A stretch of DNA of 64,000 bases, taken from the NCBI GenBank assembly GCA_026023565.1, contig JAPETS010000007.1, forward strand, positions 372,001-436,000, read 5' to 3'. The DNA comes from Cirrosporium novae-zelandiae (Eukaryota). Shown in pieces: positions 50,644 to 64,000 of this stretch (position 1 is the stretch's first letter; each line of letters begins with the position of its first letter). The notes under the pieces are model-generated. The model had not been told where the DNA came from. It made no database searches and saw only the letters and a list, made by a program, of their open reading frames with translations. Made by a program: the position numbers and the translations under genes.

Positions 50644-53600
50644 TTTAAAAATTATTAAATAAATTTATTAAATTAATAATAAAAATCTATAAAATAATTT
50701 TAATAATAATGATTATATAAAAAATTTATATATATTCCGTAAACGTAATATTAAATACCGTATAAAAAACATATAGATTTCGGTATTTTTAAAAAATCGA
50801 AAAAAGTTTAACGAATCTAATATTATCGATAACGTTTAAAATAAAAAATATAAATATTTAATTAAAAAAATAACCGCTAAAAAATTTCTAATAAATTTAA
50901 AAAATTAAAAAAAAATATATTAAATTAATATTTAATTATAATAATAATCTAAAAAATAATAAATTTAAATTTTAAAATCGAAAAAATCTAAATAACCGAA
51001 AAAAATAGATTTTTAAAAATAATAATAATATTTCTAAAATAATAGATTTTCAGCGAAATATTACCGTAAAATTAAAAAAACGTATAATAATTAAACGAAT
51101 CTAAATTAGAAAATTGTAAAATAAAAACAGGAATAAATTCCCGTTTTTATTTAAAAAAACGTTTTTTGCTGATCCCACGCCACTAAATCAATTTATTATT
51201 ATAACGATCGTTATACGAAATAATTAATATTTATTTAAAATTTATAAAATTTAGTAGCAATAAAAAAATATCGGGAATTAAAAAAATACGTATCGTTAAC
51301 GAAAATTAAATAAATACGAAAAAACGATAACGTCTAAAAAACGAATTAAATAAATCGGAATAAAATTTTATAATAAAATTTAACGATTTAATATTATAAT
51401 TTTTATTTTAAAAAAAAAATAATTAAACGAAAAAATATCGTCGAAAAATTTTACGAAAAAAAAAAAATTTTAAAAAAAAATAAATTAATAACCGGGATAT
51501 TTTAATTGAATAAACGGTTAAATATATAATAATACGTATATTTCCCGTAATCGAAAAAAAAATATATTAGATTCTAAAAACCGACGATTTTATAATATAA
51601 TTACGGGAAATATTTTTCGGTCTAAAAACCCGAATAATCGTTTTAAAAAAACGAAATAATAAAATTATAAAAATTTAGAAAAAAAATTAAAAAAAATTAT
51701 ATACGATTAAATAAAAATTTTTAATAATTAAAAAAATAATTATAATAATAATTTAAATATTATAAATTTAAATAAAAACCGCAGAAATTATATATAACGG
51801 GGCGGAAAATTCTATAAATAAAAATTATATAATCCCGGTAATTAGGCCCGAACGGATAATAAAAAAAAAAAAAATAATATTTTTTTTAATAATACCCCGA
51901 ACGGATATAATAGCCGGATCGTAAATATTTAATACGCGGACAATAATATAGGCGGATAAAAAAACCTAGAAAAATTTTTAATAAACGGCAAAAATAATTA
52001 AATAAAAGACCCTACCGTTAATACCGAAAACCCCGAAATAAGATTCTGCAAAAATAACGCCGGAATTTACGGGATTTATTTATATTAAAATAATTAATAA
52101 AATAATAAATAAATCTAATAAAAAATAGCAAATAATTAAATCCCGTAAAAAAGACCGTATTAGCTCCGTAAATAAAGATACAAAAACTGAAAATCAGAAA
52201 ATATTGATTTTTAATAAAAAAAAAACCGAATATTCGGGTTTTATAATATTAATAATAACGGCGATTAACGTTAAATTAATTAATTTAAACGCACCGTCTA
52301 AATTACGGATATAAAAAATCTATATTAATAAAAAAAATAATCTAAAAATTATATTTAATAAAAAAATTAATACGAATATAATAATATTTAAATATAAATA
52401 AAAAATTTTAAAAATTATAACGAAAATAAATAATACGATAATAAATATACGTTTATTAAAAATTCTATATTAAATAAAAATATAAAAAATATTTTTAAAA
52501 ATATTTAAAAATTTAAATAAATTAAATCTAATAAAAAAAAATTTAAAAAATATATATTAATTATTCCAGGATACGGTAATCGTATAAATAATACCGGAAA
52601 AATATCGTTAAAAACGGGTACGAATTAGATTTATATTAGAAAAATATATTATTTCGATTAAAATAAAATTCCCGTTTATAATATACGAAAAATAAAAAAT
52701 CGAAAATTATTATTTAACGGGACGTAAATTTCGATATATCCGATAATTTATATTAGAAATAAATAAAATATATTTAAAATACGTTTAATTAGGGTATAAA
52801 TTATTCTTAGAATATAGGGATAAAACCCCTAAATATATTATATACGCGGAAATATACGAAACGTAAAATCACCGGTATCGGATAGCAGGATATAAGCTCG
52901 CGTATACGGGGGCTTATATATATATTCTATTGAAATATACAAACTGTCTAAGCCCCTATATAGCCACGGACGGAAAATACCCAGCTACCCGAAAAACAAA
53001 AACAGAATATATAAAAAAAAACACCGAAAAAACGTTATACAGTCGTTCTACGTGCTGGTCCCCCCCAAAAAGAAATAAGCCTAAAAAACCCTAATTAAAA
53101 ACCAAAAACCCCCAAACCCTAGAAAAAAACGGGGGAAAAAACGTAAATAATACCCGAAATATCGATAATACCGAAAATATTAATAATATTCGTACCGTAA
53201 ATAAATAACGATATATCCGAATTATAAATAAAAATATTATAATATAATTATTATAAAAAATACGATATAATAATTATAATTTTAAAATCGATTATATAAA
53301 TTAGAACGGATATAATATTATTATAAAAATTTAATTAAAAATTAAAAAAAAAAATATTATATTTAATATAAAATTTTTATTAATCCGAATTAAAAATTTA
53401 AATAAAATATAAAATCGTAAAAACGGTTATTATTATATATAAAAATTAAAAAAATAATATATTTAAAATAATCGTAAAAACCAATTTAATTAATTATTTT
53501 TATTTCGTAATACTAAATATTAATATAATAAACGGAAACGGAAAAATAGAAAATCCGATTAAAATAATTAATATTTACGATTAAAAATTAAAAAACATAT

Positions 53601-56600
53601 ATTTTTAAAAATAAAACTGATAATAAAAATTTAAAAAAATTTTATAAAATATAAAATAAAAATTTATTTTTAATAATAATAAAATAATATTAATAAAAAA
53701 TTTTAATATTTATAATTTAATATAAAAATCCGAATAAATTATTTATATAAACGACGCGTTTTTAATAACGTTTATAAAAAAATAAAATTTAATAATATAA
53801 AATAATATCGTTCAAAATATTTAATTCCGAAAAAAATCGATTTATTATTTAATAATTAATTTAATAATAATTAATTTTATAATAGAATTATTTTAAAAAT
53901 AATTAATAAACGTAATAATCGATAATATAAATAATAAATTAAAAATTAATTTAAATTACGTTTTTATTTAATTCGAATAAAAAAATTACCGTCTAAAAAT
54001 AAATTAATTAATTCTAAATTTATAGAATTTAAAATCGTTAAAAAATTTTTAATAATAAATTAAAACGAAATAAAAATAAAAATTCTAATTAATTACGAAA
54101 AATATATTAATCGTAAATTATACGGAAATATAATTAAAAAATAAAATATAAAAAATTATTATTTAATTAAAAATTATTTTAAATAAATATATAAAATCTA
54201 AATAAATATATATTTAATCGAAAATTTAATAAAATCCCGAATATATTATTAAAAAACACGAATATTATATAATATTTAAAAAAACGAAATAAAAACACCG
54301 GATTTATAAAAAAATTAAAATAATATATAAAAAATTTATAAAATTAATTAAAATTAAAAAAAAAAATAAATAAATCGATTATTTTTAAATATATATAAAA
54401 AAAAACGATTTAAATAAATTTTTAAATCCCGAAAATATTTAATAAAAATAAAAAATATTAAAATATTATAAATTTTAAAACCGAAATCTAATATTAATAT
54501 TCCGTATAAAAAATAGAAAAATAACGATAAAAATTAAAAATAAAAAATTTTTTATATAAAAACGAATTTTTCCGTTATTTTTAAAAAATCCCGAATTTTA
54601 ATTTCCGATAAAAAAAATATTCGTTTAATAATTATTTAAAAAAAATAATACGGAAAACGTTATATATATAAAATATAAATAAAATTTTAAAATATAACGG
54701 AATTTAATTTAAAACGTTCCGTATATTATAATAATAAAATTTTTATAAAATAATAAAAATAATTCGATATTATTTTCGATTAAAATATTATTCGATATAA
54801 TAAAAATATATTTAAAAAATATTATTATTTAAATCTAGAAAAACCGATAAAATATTAATTAAAAATTATAAAATAATAAATTTATTATATTATTTAAATA
54901 AAATAATCGAAAAAATTATAATTAACGTATTAAAAAATATATACGAAAATCTATATAAATTATATAAAAATTAATTTAAATCGAAATATAACCGGAACGT
55001 AATCGATATATTTACGTATTTAATATACCGAATAAAAAAAAATTTAATCGAAAATAAATAATTTATATTTTATTTATAAATATAAAAAAAACGTTTAATT
55101 ATATATTATAATTTAAATTAATATAATATTTAAAATAATTAAAAATCGATAAAAATATTATTAAATAAATAATTAATTTTATAATTTAACGAAATATCGA
55201 ATTAATAATCGACAGAAAAATATAATCCCGAATTAATATAAAAACGAAAATATTGTAAAAATTATTTATATTCCTAATATTATTTCTAATATATTACACC
55301 GGGCTATTCGCAGCTATAAAATAAACGGTTTTTAAAATCAAAACTTTATTATTCGTGGACGACGTAAATTTTTCGATTATTTATATAAATAATAAATAAA
55401 CCCGGAAAATTATTTAATAAATAACGAAAACGACGGTTTAATAAAAAAAAAAAAATAAATTAAAATTTAATATTTAAAAAACTAAAATTATAATATTTTT
55501 TAAATTATATAAATATTAAATTTAAATAAATACGAAACCGAAAATTAAAATCGATAATTATTCGATTAAATATAAAAAAAATTACGTACGATAATTAAAT
55601 ATATAATTAAATCCGAAATTTAATTTTTAAATTTATTACGTCTAACGTTTAATTAAAATTAAATACGCGGAAAATATAATTAAATATATATATTACCGAA
55701 ACGGATTATTTATAAAATTTACGCGCTAAATAATTATAACGACGATAATATTAATCTATATATAAGAATACGAAATTTAATAAAAAAAATAAATCGGATA
55801 TTAAATAAAATTTTAAAAATTATTAAATAAATTTATAAAATTAATAATAGAAATTTATAAAATAATTTTAATAATAAAAATTATATAAAAAATTTATATA
55901 TATTCTATAAATATAATATTAAATACTATATAAAAAAATATAAATTTCGGTATTTTTAAAAAATCGAAAAAAATTTAATAAATCTAATATTATCGATAAT
56001 ATTTAAAATAAAAAACGTAAACGTTTAATTAAAAAAATAATTATTAAAAAATTTTTAATAAATTTAAAAAATTAAAAAAAATACGTTAAATTAATATTTA
56101 ATTATAACGATAATTTAAAAAATAATAAAGTTAAATTTTAAAATCGAAAAAATCTAAATAATCGAAAAAAATAAATTTTTAAAAAAAATAATAATATTTT
56201 TAAAATAATAAATTTTCAGCGAAATATTAACGTAAAATTAAAAAAATATATATTAATCGAATAAATTTAAATTAAAAAATTATAAAATAAAAACGGGAAT
56301 AATTTAAAAAATAATCGAAAAAATTTTATAAATAATATAAAAATATTATTTAAATTAAAATAAAAAAATATTTAATATAAAATTTTAAAATACGTAAACG
56401 ATTTTATAAATAATAATTAAAACGTACCCGAATAATTATAAAATTTCCGGAAAAAAAATAATAATATTATTTAATTCGTAAACGACTATTAAACGGATCG
56501 AAAAAAAAAAATTAAAAAAAAATTAAATAATTATATAGAAAATATACGAATATATTAAATATTTAATAAATTAAAAAACGAAAATCGTTATTAAATAAAT

Positions 56601-58858
56601 TCTAAAATATTATAAAATATTAAAAAACGAAATAATAAATTAAATAATTAAAATAAATATAATATTAAAAAATAATAAAATAATCGAATAAATTTCGTTA
56701 ATTTATATAATCCGTAATATAATTAAAAAATAAATAATAAAAACGTATAATTAATTATATAATTAAAAAATAAAAAAATCGTTCGATAAATTATATCGAA
56801 TATATCCGAAATATAAAAAAAATCGGGTATTAAAATACGCGTTTAAAAAATTAATAAATAGATTTTATTAAATAAAAACGAAATACGCCGTTATTAAAAA
56901 ATATATATATTATACGAAAATTATTATTATCCCGGAATATTAATAATATAAAATTTTATATTAAAATATTTTTTATTTAATATTAATATACCCGCGTTAA
57001 AAAACGGTTAAAACCCGATTATAAAAAATAATAAAAAAATAAAAAAACTAATAATCTAATATAACCGAAAAAAAAAAACTAATATTCGTATTAAAGAACC
57101 GAAAATTCTTTAAAAATTAGATACGTTTTTTGGGCAATACGGAAGTGGGGAAGCCTCAGTCCTGGGCCAGACACGAAACGGAAAATCGTGAGACGTACCT
57201 GGATTAAAGATGGATAGAACCCGGACACGGGGGGAATAAGGACCCGGACGAAATAAATATTGGATAAAAACGGGATCCGTAGTAAATACGCGGGGTAAAC
57301 GTATACGAAAGCAAGAACTGAAAAAATCGAAAATAGGTGCGAATAGGCCTATTTATAGGCTACGAACACCGAAATAGCGCTAAAGAACTATCCGGTTAAA
57401 TAAATCAGGTGATTCTAGGAAACCTAAAGAGGGGGGGAAATTATATAACCGAATTAGGGGGGTGACCCCCACCACCTTAGCTAAAAATAAGCCCGAAAAA
57501 AGATACGAAAAAGTCTAAAAACCCCCGAGTAGAGTCCATTATAGTTTCTAAACGGTATATAGATATAAAACAATGAATAATCATTATTATTATGATTATC
57601 ATCAAAAACGGGAATAATTTAGAAAATAACCGAAAAATTTTTATAAACGATACGGAAATATTATTTAAATTAAAATAAAAAAATATTCGATATAAAATTT
57701 TAAAAAATATAAATAGTTTTAAAAATAGCGATTAAAATATATCTAAATAATTATAAAACCCCTAAAAAAACAATAATAATATTATTTAATTCGTAAACGG
57801 CTATTAAATAAATCGAAAAAAAAAATTAGAAAAAAACTAAACGATCGTATAAAAAATATACAAATATATTAGATATTTAATAAATTAAAAAACGAAATAA
57901 TAAATTAAACGGTTAAAATAAATATAGAAACGCTAAAAAATAATAAAATAATCGAATAAATTTCGCTGATTTATATAATCCGTAATATAACGGAAAAACG
58001 GATTATAAAAACGTATAATTAATTATATAATTAAAGAATAAAAAAATCGTTTCATAAATTTTATCGAATATATCCGAAATATAGAAAAAATCGGATATTA
58101 GAATATACGTCTAAAAAATTAATAAATAAATTTTATTAAATAAAAACGGGATACGCCGTTACCAGGGAATATATATATCGTATAAAAATTATTATTATGT
58201 TAGAATATTAATAATATAAGATTTTATATTAAAATATATTTTATTTAATATTAATATACCCGCGCTGAAAAATAATTAAAACCCGTTTATAAAAAATAAT
58301 AAAAAAATAAAAAAATTAATAATTTAATATAATTGATAAAAAAAAACTAATATTCGTATTAAAAAACCGAAAATTCTCTAAAAATTAAATACGTTTTTTA
58401 AACGATACGAAAATAAAAAACCCCTAATATTAGATTAAATACGAAATAAAACATCGTAAAATATATCCAAATTAAAAATAGATAGAACCCGGATACGGGA
58501 AAAAAAACGATCCAAAAATAAATATTAAATAAAAATTAGGCCCGTAATAAAAACGCGGGATAAACGTATATATAAACAAAAACTAAAAAAATCGAAAATA
58601 AATATAAATAAATCTATTTATAAATTACGAACACCGAAATAACGCTAAAAAATTATCCGGTTAAATAAATTAAATAATTCTAGGAAACCCAAAAAAAAAG
58701 AGAAATTATATAGCCGAATTAAAAAAATAATTCCCACCACTTTAATTAAAAATAAGCCCGAAAAAAGATACAAAAAAACCTAAAAACCCCTGAATAAAAT
58801 CAGTTATAATTTCTAAACGATATATAGATATAAAACAATGAATAATCATTATCATCAT
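50644..58858 (+). mobile_element. 5'-truncated LINE, variant A, split by the full-length copy at 51153-57603
   Basis: 50644-51136 and 57604-58858 are contiguous element sequence joined through TSD AAAAAC(A/G)GGAATAA. Ends in an ATC tail. Confidence 0.85.
51153..57603 (+). mobile_element. Full-length (~6.45 kb) Tad1-like LINE, variant B, RIP-inactivated
   Basis: 5' motif at 51160-51195, ORF1 CCHC knuckles ~52750-52985, endonuclease GDFN-equivalent ~53690, FVDD at 55352, and 3' end AATGAATAATC...ATCATC. TSD at 51123-51136 and 57604-57617. Confidence 0.9.
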
Positions 58859-59855
58859 AAATACTGTTATTTTTTCGTATCCGTTTAATTTTCGTTGACG
58901 GTACTTATTTTTATAATTCCCGATTTTTTTCTATTATTATTAGATTTTATAACTTTTAGATAAACGTTAAATATTTAATATAACGGTCGTTACAATAATA
59001 AATTAATTTAATAGTCTAGAATTACGAAAAAAAAGATTTTCCCGAATTCTTATACGGGGGTTTATATATATATTCCTTTGGAATATACAAATTGTTTAAA
59101 TCTTTATATAGTTACTAACGGACAGTATCCAGCGGCCCGAAAAATAGGGATAAAATATACGAAAAAAAAACGCCGCGAGAACGTTATATAATTATGTTAT
59201 ATATTTATTTTTTTAAAAAAAAATATGAATCTACAGAATTTTAATTAAAAACCAAAAACCCCCGAACCAATTTTAGAAAAAATAAAAAAAAACGTAAATA
59301 ATATTTATATTTAAAATAATCGTAAAAACCGGTTTAATTAATTATTTTTATTTCGTAATATTAGATATTAAAATAATAAACGTAAATAAAAATATAAAAA
59401 ATCTGATTAAATTAATTAATATTTATAATTAAAAATTAAAAAATATATATTTTTAAAAATAAAATCGATAATAAAAATTTAAAAAAACTTTATAAAAAAA
59501 AAATAAAAATTTATTTTAAATAAAAATAAAATAATATTAATAAAAAATTTTAATATTTGTAATTTAATATAAAAATCCGAATAAATTATTTATATAAATA
59601 ATACATTTCTAATAATATTTCTAAAAAAATAAAATTTAATTATATAAAATAATATCGTTTAAAATATTTAATTCGGAAAAAAATCGATTTATTATTTAAT
59701 AATTAATTTAATAATAATTAATTCTATAATAAAATTATTTTAAAAATAATTAATAAATACGGTAACCAATAATATAAAAAATAAATTAAAAATTGATTTA
59801 AATTGTATTTTTATTTAATTTGAATAAAAAAATTAACGCCTAAAAATAAATATTA
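58859..59855. mobile_element. Older diverged LINE fragments: 5' end on - strand (58859-59045), then ORF1-end/endonuclease piece on + strand (59050-59855)
   Basis: Similarity to 40525-40700 and to 52903-54005 respectively, with transversions as well as RIP changes. Confidence 0.7.
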
Positions 59856-61899
59856 ATCAATACAGAAATAAAATTAAAAAAATTCAATATTAATATTATA
59901 TCGTTATAAAAGATTCGGATAATATTATATAAAATATAATAAATAAAAATCTTTTTATATCTAAAATTTTGAATCAAAAAATAATACGTATAATAAAAAA
60001 AATTTAATGGAAATTTATTAGAAAAATATTACAGATTATATAGAAATCTATAATTTTTAATAAAAGAAATACCAATTTATTAATATTATAATTAAAATTA
60101 ACGAAATTATAATTCGAGACGTAAATCTAGTATCTATAATAAATGAATTTTTCAGAAAAATTCGTTACAATAATTATATCGATCCTAATAGATTTATTTT
60201 CTGGATACGAATAATGGATTTTAATATTATATTATGAAGATTTTACGGTATTTCAAATATTTTCCGGATTAATCAAACAAATAATTATATCGCAAAAAAT
60301 AAGTAATAATATAATTTAATATAAAAAATATATAATAAAAATATAAAAGGATTATTTAGAATAAATCAAAATTTTTATTAATAATATTATAAACAAAAAG
60401 TTTAGAATTGAATATAATAACTAAAAAAGTATTATAAAAATCAGGAAATAAGTATTAAAATCGATTATTTTAATCAACAAAATATTTGCCGATTTAAAAA
60501 AAACCGGAAATATAATATCAAAAACAAAAACGTAATAATTATAATAATAGAATTAAATATTATAGAATTTGTTATTAATATAGAAAAACGATACCCGTAA
60601 ATAATAAAAATTATAAAAACTATAAATTAATTTTTATATATATTTATTATCGAATATTTATTAAGAATTTTATTATTAAAACGAAATCTATATATTAAAT
60701 ATTAGAAGAAAATATAGAATTTAAATAAAAACTGGAATAATAAAAAACGATAAATTAATTAAAAATAATTTTAACAAATTTATTAATATTAATTAAATTA
60801 AATTATATTATTAATAAATAAAGTATATTATCGATTAATATTAATAATACCAAATAAAAAATAATATTAATATAAAAAAATAAAAATAATAAATAATATT
60901 TAATAAAATATGAAAAATAATATATAAAATAATAACGAAATCAAATATAATATAATAATAAAAAAATATAAAATAATATTTAAATTTTTTATTAAAAACT
61001 GATTCGAAAATCTTAATTATATAATTTTTCGATTCCGATAATATATATATAAAAAGTAAAAACAATATTATAATAAATATATTATTATAAAAATCGATTA
61101 TCAAAAAAAATAAATAAATAAAAAATCGATATAAATAATTTTATAAATATAGAATTTATATATTATGAAATCCGAACATTCCTAATATATAATAGATCCG
61201 TTCAGATATAATTTAACGATGAAATATTGAACGAAATAATCGAAATAAATAATAATATAAAAAACAATTTATTAGAATTATTATTTAAAAATAAATATAA
61301 TTAAAAATTTTAAAATATTATAAAATTTCTAATAAAATTTATAAAATTAATTAACGAATATAATAATAAATATATTAGAAAAAAATAGAACTTATTTAAA
61401 TAATAGATATTAAAATATTATTTATATTTCCGGTTTTTCCGTAATAAAAATTATAAATAAACAAAATATAAAAAATAAAATAATAAAATATTTATACAAC
61501 GAAAATAATTATAAAAATAAAAAAATTATTTTTTATAAAATTATAAAATGATTTTTTTAAAAAGATCTATATAAAAATATTTAATATTAATTAAAAACGA
61601 TTTTAACAAATTAATAAAAAAGAATTATTAAATAAAATCATAATTATTAATATAATCAATTTTATATAAATCGATATATTTTATAAATATAGAATCCCGA
61701 TAAATCTAATATTTAATAACGAAAAAAAAATATAAAAATAATAATAAAATTAGTAAATAAATATTATTTTATAATTAAATAACGAAATATATTAATATAT
61801 TATTTATAATCGTATAAAACAATTGAACGAGATTATTAATTTATAATAAATAAATTAATGAAATTATATTTTATACAAAAGAAAAATATAGAATTTATT
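59856..61899 (+). mobile_element. RIP-degraded Ty3/Gypsy LTR-retrotransposon pol fragment (RT-RNase H)
   Basis: Translates IRDVNL (IRDANL) at 60112, IDLFSGYE at 60188, DFTVFQ..GL....SQ (DLTAFQ..GL...PQG), FINNI (FIDDI) at 60374 and FDSDNIYIKSKNNIIINIL (FDF..H.KGKDN..AD.L) at 61028. Confidence 0.75.
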
Positions 61900-64000
61900 T
61901 AATGATAATGATTATTCATTGTTTTATATCTATATATCGCTTAGAAGCTATAACGGACTCTACTCGGGGGTTTTTAGACCCTTTCGTATCCCTTTTCGGG
62001 CTTATTTTTAGCTAAGGTGGTGGGGGTTATCCCCCTGGTTCGGCTATATAGTTTCCCCCTCTCTTTGGGTTTCCTAGAATTATCTGACTTGTCTAACCGG
62101 ATAGTTTTTTAGCGCTATTTCGGTGTTAGGCCTATTCGCACCTATTTTCGATTTTTTCAGTTTTTGCTCTCGCATGCGCTTACCCCGCGTATCTACTACG
62201 GACCCCGCTCTTATCCAACACCTACGTCCGGGTCCTTATCCCCCCCGTGTCCGGGTTCTACCCACCCCTAATCCAGGTACGCCTCACGATTTTCCGTTTC
62301 GTATCTGGCCCAGGACTGGGGTTTCCCCACCTCCGTATTGCCCAAAAAACGCACCCAATTTTTAAAAAATTTTCGGTTCTTTAATACGAATATTAGTTTT
62401 TTTTTTTCGGTTATATTAAGCTATTGGCTCCTCTATTTTTTTATTATTTTCCGTAATTAAATTTTAATCGTTTTTTAACGCGGGTATATTAATATTAAAT
62501 AAAAAATATTTTAATATAAATTTTTATATTATTAATATTCCGGGATAATAATAGTTTTCGTATAATATATATATTCCCCGGTAACGGCGTATCCCGTTTT
62601 TATTTAATAAAATCTATTTATTAATTTTTTAGATATATATTTTAATATCCGATTTTTTTTATATTTTAAATATATTTAATACGATTTATCGAACGATTTT
62701 TTTATTTTTTAATTATATAATTAATTATACGTTTTTATTATTCGTTTTTCAATTATATTACGGATTATATAAATTAACGAAATTTATTTAATTATTTTAT
62801 TATTTTTTAACGTTATATTTATTTTAATTATTTAATTTATTATTTCGTTTTTTAATATTTTATAATATTTTAAAATTTATTTAATAATAATTTTCGTTTT
62901 TTAATTTATTAAATATTTAATATATTCGTATATTTTTTATACGATTATTTAATTTTTTTTTAATTTTTTTTTTTCGATCCGTTTAATAGCCGTTTACGAA
63001 TCAAATAATATTATTATTTTTTTTTTAAAAATTTTATAATTATTCGGGTATATTTTAATCGTTATTTATAAAATTATTTATATTTTTTAAAATTTTATAT
63101 TAAATATTTTTTTATTTTAATTTAAATAATATTTCCGTATTATTTATAAAAAATTTTTAATTATTTTTTAAATTATTCCCGTTTTTATTTTACGGTTTTT
63201 TAATTTAAATCCGTTCGATTAATATATATTTTTTTAATTTTATATTAACGTTTCGTTGAAAATTTATTATTTTAAAAATATTATTATTTTTTTTAAAAAT
63301 TTATTTTTTTCCATTATTTAAATTTTTTCGATTTTAAAATTTAAATTTATTATTTTTTAAATTATTATTATAATTAAATATTAATTTAATATATTTTTTT
63401 TAATTTTTTAAATTTATTAAAAATTTTTTAATAATTATTTTTTTAATTAAACGTTTATATTTTTTTATTTTAAATATTATCGATAATATTAAATTCGTTA
63501 AATTTTTTTTAATTTTTTAAAAATACCGAAATTTATATTTTTTTTATACGGTATTTAATATTACGTTTATAGAATATATATAAATTTTTTATATAATTAT
63601 TATTATTAAAATTATTTTATAAATTTTCGTTATTAATTTTATAAATCTATTTAATAATTTTTAAAATTTTATTTAATATCCGATTTGTTTTTTTTATTAG
63701 ATTTCGTATTTATATATATAAATTAATATTATCGTCGTTACGATTATTTAACGCGTAAATTCCGTAAATAATCCGTTTCAATAATATATATATTTAATTA
63801 CGTTTTCCGCGCGTTTAATATTAATTAAACGTTAAACGTAATAAATTTAAAAATTAAATTTCCGGTTTAATTATATATTTAATTATCGTACGTAATTTTT
63901 TTTATATTTAATTAAATAATTATCGATTTTAATTATTAATTTTATATTTATTTAAATTTAATATTTATATAATCTAAAAAACGTTATAATTTTAATTTTT
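61900..64000 (-). mobile_element. LINE copy (variant B), 3' 2.1 kb, continuing beyond the window
   Basis: Tail TAATGATAATGATTATTCATTG at 61900; colinear with 34239-36370. Confidence 0.9.

Larger units (their letters stand above)
32205..64000. repeat. AT-rich RIP-mutated transposon block (heterochromatin-like)
   Basis: Abrupt shift to very AT-rich sequence. Repeated copies differ almost only by C>T and G>A changes. Confidence 0.95.

Noticed and set aside
41516..62365. ORFs 41516-41758, 42862-43053, 49379-49576, 60841-61104 and 62123-62365 as genes
   Set aside because: The first is the remnant C-terminus of LINE ORF1. The others are chance frames in RIPed sequence.
32205..64000. AT-rich half as a mitochondrial insertion, endosymbiont or contaminant
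   Set aside because: It resolves into transposon copies related by C>T and G>A changes, with no rRNA, tRNA or respiratory-gene motifs.

Overview
Filamentous ascomycete (Pezizomycotina) genomic DNA in two sharply different halves. Positions 1-32,200 are gene-dense, intron-containing sequence. They encode a saccharopine-dehydrogenase-like oxidoreductase, an MDR alcohol dehydrogenase, Mtf1, an AMSH-type JAMM deubiquitinase, two SDRs, an allantoate-permease-type MFS transporter, a GH55 exo-beta-1,3-glucanase, a PAP2_3 membrane protein, a bZIP/DUF3425 regulator and a secreted metallo-beta-lactamase-fold protein. The two recognisable genes nearest the boundary (a kievitone-hydratase/AttH-like secreted protein and a DUF3176 membrane protein) carry premature stops of C>T/G>A type, consistent with RIP leakage. 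Positions ~32,200-64,000 are an extremely AT-rich, RIP-mutated block. It is built almost entirely from nested copies of one ~6.45 kb Tad1-like LINE with an (ATC)n 3' tail and 14-bp target-site duplications, plus a Ty3/Gypsy pol relic. The nesting order can be reconstructed by eye. It shows a ~7.7 kb two-element composite present twice in inverted orientation (probable 3' transduction), a templated hairpin at one 5' junction, and a RIP spectrum that spares CpG. All family calls come from manual motif recognition; no database search was run, and exon and element boundaries are hand-derived.
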